DNA of 64,000 nucleotides from Granulicella sp. GTDB taxonomy: Bacteria > Acidobacteriota > Terriglobia > Terriglobales > Acidobacteriaceae. Position numbers and translations under genes: made by a program. How positions within the stretch are numbered: position 1 is the stretch's first letter; every line of letters begins with the position of its first letter. The notes beneath the pieces were generated by a model, which had not been told where the DNA came from, ran no database searches, and saw only the letters and a list, made by a program, of their open reading frames with translations. The stretch spans positions 1 to 64,000 of the forward strand of contig DAHWNL010000015.1 in the NCBI GenBank assembly GCA_027339965.1, written 5' to 3'. Of the stretch, positions 62,201 through 64,000 are shown one piece after another.

Positions 62201-63226
62201 GTGAAATGGTTCCGTCTGGGCACTGCTGGGCTTTCGGGCCTGTCTCTGGGGTTGCTACTGGCTTCTGCCGGAGCTGGGGCGCAGACCCGCCCCTCATCCC
62301 GTGCGGCGGCAGCAAAGTACCGCACCAACTTCATGGTCTATGACGTGCGGACAAAAGCGACGCAGAAGCTCTTCTCGCTGGAGGGAGAGTGGCATGCTCC
62401 CAACTGGAGCGCCGATGGGCTGTTCTTTATCTCTGACATGGGCGGATCCCTCTATCGCATTCCATTGCAAGGCGCCAACCGAGCAAAGCCGGAGAAGATC
62501 GATGCGAACTCCAAGCTGACCTTCACCAACGACCATGCTCTTTCCTGGGATGGAAGGCGTATCGGCGCTACCGCGATCAGGCTTCCCATGCCGGCGCATG
62601 CTCGCGGCGCGGCGGGCCTCGCCAATCCAATTCTGCTGATGGACAGTGATGGGAGCTCCGTACGAGAGATTCGTCCGGGCTGGATGCATGGCTGGTCACC
62701 CGACAGCAAGTACCTGGCCTGCACCGAGACCCTGGGGCGTGGCTCCCATATCTATCGCATCCAAGCGGATGGAAGCGACGCATTGCAGATGACCTCAGGC
62801 AACACCAGGGACGACGGACCGGAGTACTCCGCAGACGGCAAGTGGATTTATTTCTGTTCCAACCGCTCCGGCAAGTGGGATGTATGGCGCATGCCCGCCA
62901 GCGGCGCGGGGCCAGGAGACAAACGGGCACAGCAGATCACGCGCGGCTCCGACACGCAGGACTGGTTTCCACACCTCTCCCGGGATGGCGAGTGGCTGTA
63001 TACCGTCTCCTACCCGCCGGATCAGCCGGACCATGGATACATTGGGGAAGGCATGAAGATCAAGCTGCTGCGGCTCAAAAACGGCCTACCTGCAAAAGGC
63101 TTCGAACTGACGACGGTGCGAAGTTTTTTTGGTGGCCAGGGATCAGGCAATACCAGTGGCTGGTCTCCAGATTCGAAGAAGTTCGCCTGGACGGAGTACG
63201 TGAAGGTGTCAGCGTCGACAAGATAA
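62201..63226 (+). CDS. TolB-like PD40/WD40 beta-propeller protein
   Basis: Signal peptide; APNWSADG, HGWSPDS, DGPEYSADG, WFPHLSRDG, GGQGS...WSPDS. Confidence 0.85.
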   Translation: MKWFRLGTAGLSGLSLGLLLASAGAGAQTRPSSRAAAAKYRTNFMVYDVRTKATQKLFSLEGEWHAPNWSADGLFFISDMGGSLYRIPLQGANRAKPEKIDANSKLTFTNDHALSWDGRRIGATAIRLPMPAHARGAAGLANPILLMDSDGSSVREIRPGWMHGWSPDSKYLACTETLGRGSHIYRIQADGSDALQMTSGNTRDDGPEYSADGKWIYFCSNRSGKWDVWRMPASGAGPGDKRAQQITRGSDTQDWFPHLSRDGEWLYTVSYPPDQPDHGYIGEGMKIKLLRLKNGLPAKGFELTTVRSFFGGQGSGNTSGWSPDSKKFAWTEYVKVSASTR

Positions 63227-63286
63227 TCGCATTTCCAGACGCGCCTGAACCACAGGCCCACGTGAGCTAAGCTCCAAGGAGAGATT

Positions 63287-64000
63287 GTGAAGATTGGCGT
63301 CTTTACCCCACTGCTTTCCGAGCTTCCGTTATCCGGCGTTTTGCGCAAGCTGAAGACGCTGCAGATCGAGACGGTGGAACTTGGTACAGGCAATTATCCC
63401 GGGGATGCTCATTGCAAGCTCTCCATGCTGGAGAGTCCATCCGAGTTGCGGAAGTTCCAGAGCGTTCTCGCCGACCATGGTGCGACCATCAGCGCGCTCA
63501 GTTGCCACGGCAATCCGTTGCACCCCGTCCGCGAGCGCGCCACGCATGACCGGGAGATCAGCCGGAGAACGATTCTTCTTGCCGAACGGCTTGGGATTCC
63601 GGTGGTCGTCGAGTTTTCAGGATGTCCGGGAGATTCGCCGCAGGCGACGGCCCCGAACTGGGTGACGTGCGCCTGGCCTCCGGATTATCCCAAGGTTCTG
63701 GAGTGGCAATGGAGCGAGGTAGTCGCTCCCTACTGGAGCAACCATGCAAAGTTTGCCGCGGAGCATGGGGTCAGGATCGCCATCGAGATGCACCCGGGAT
63801 TTGTGGTCTACAGTCCAGAGACGCTTTTGAAGCTGCGCGCCCTGGCCGGGACCGAAGTTGGCTGCAACCTTGATCCCAGTCATCTTTTCTGGCAGGGAAT
63901 TGATCCGATCGCCGCCATCGGCGCTCTGCGCGGCGCGATCTATCACGTCCATGCCAAAGACACGCAGATGTATCGTGGCAATTTGGCTGTAACCGGCGTG
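63287..64000 (+). CDS. Sugar phosphate isomerase/epimerase (xylose-isomerase-like TIM barrel), truncated by the window end
   Basis: Hand-translated from GTG after AAGGAG: VELGTG, SALSCHGNPLHP, FSGCPG, AIEMHPG, NLDPSHLFWQG, YHVHAKD. Confidence 0.88.
   Translation, partial: MKIGVFTPLLSELPLSGVLRKLKTLQIETVELGTGNYPGDAHCKLSMLESPSELRKFQSVLADHGATISALSCHGNPLHPVRERATHDREISRRTILLAERLGIPVVVEFSGCPGDSPQATAPNWVTCAWPPDYPKVLEWQWSEVVAPYWSNHAKFAAEHGVRIAIEMHPGFVVYSPETLLKLRALAGTEVGCNLDPSHLFWQGIDPIAAIGALRGAIYHVHAKDTQMYRGNLAVTGV

Overview
A GC-rich chromosomal segment, most likely from an Acidobacteriota bacterium. This is inferred from the Acidobacterial-type VWA protein, the Oar-like TonB receptor and the carboxypeptidase-regulatory/TPR proteins. 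It carries about 45 intact genes. Housekeeping and cofactor genes include queD-queE, queC, gndA, sodA, typA, an ABC-F, rpmI-rplT, an EF-G paralogue, moeA-moaC and egtB-egtD. Envelope genes include waaA-lpxK-heptosyltransferase, an L,D-transpeptidase, a DprE1/DprE2-like pair and a GT-C-like protein. There are also two TonB-dependent receptors, several glycan-active enzymes (GH85, GH15, GH18, GH27, CE4) and a decayed TumE/TumA-like toxin-antitoxin pair. I saw no tRNA, rRNA, CRISPR array, IS element or prophage. The strongest unexplained signals are non-coding. (1) About 16 helically phased, co-oriented DnaA-box-like 9-mers lie at 25.72-25.91 kb, and the + strand changes from C-rich to G-rich across the window, which would fit an origin or DnaA-titration locus. 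(2) Four 11-bp Pho-box-like units sit in front of the first TonB receptor. (3) The rpmI-rplT locus has a ~10-bp-period TTCCTG/CAGGAA leader array, a structured 246-nt spacer and a 23-bp perfect hairpin. All family calls come from recognising motifs by eye, not from database searches.
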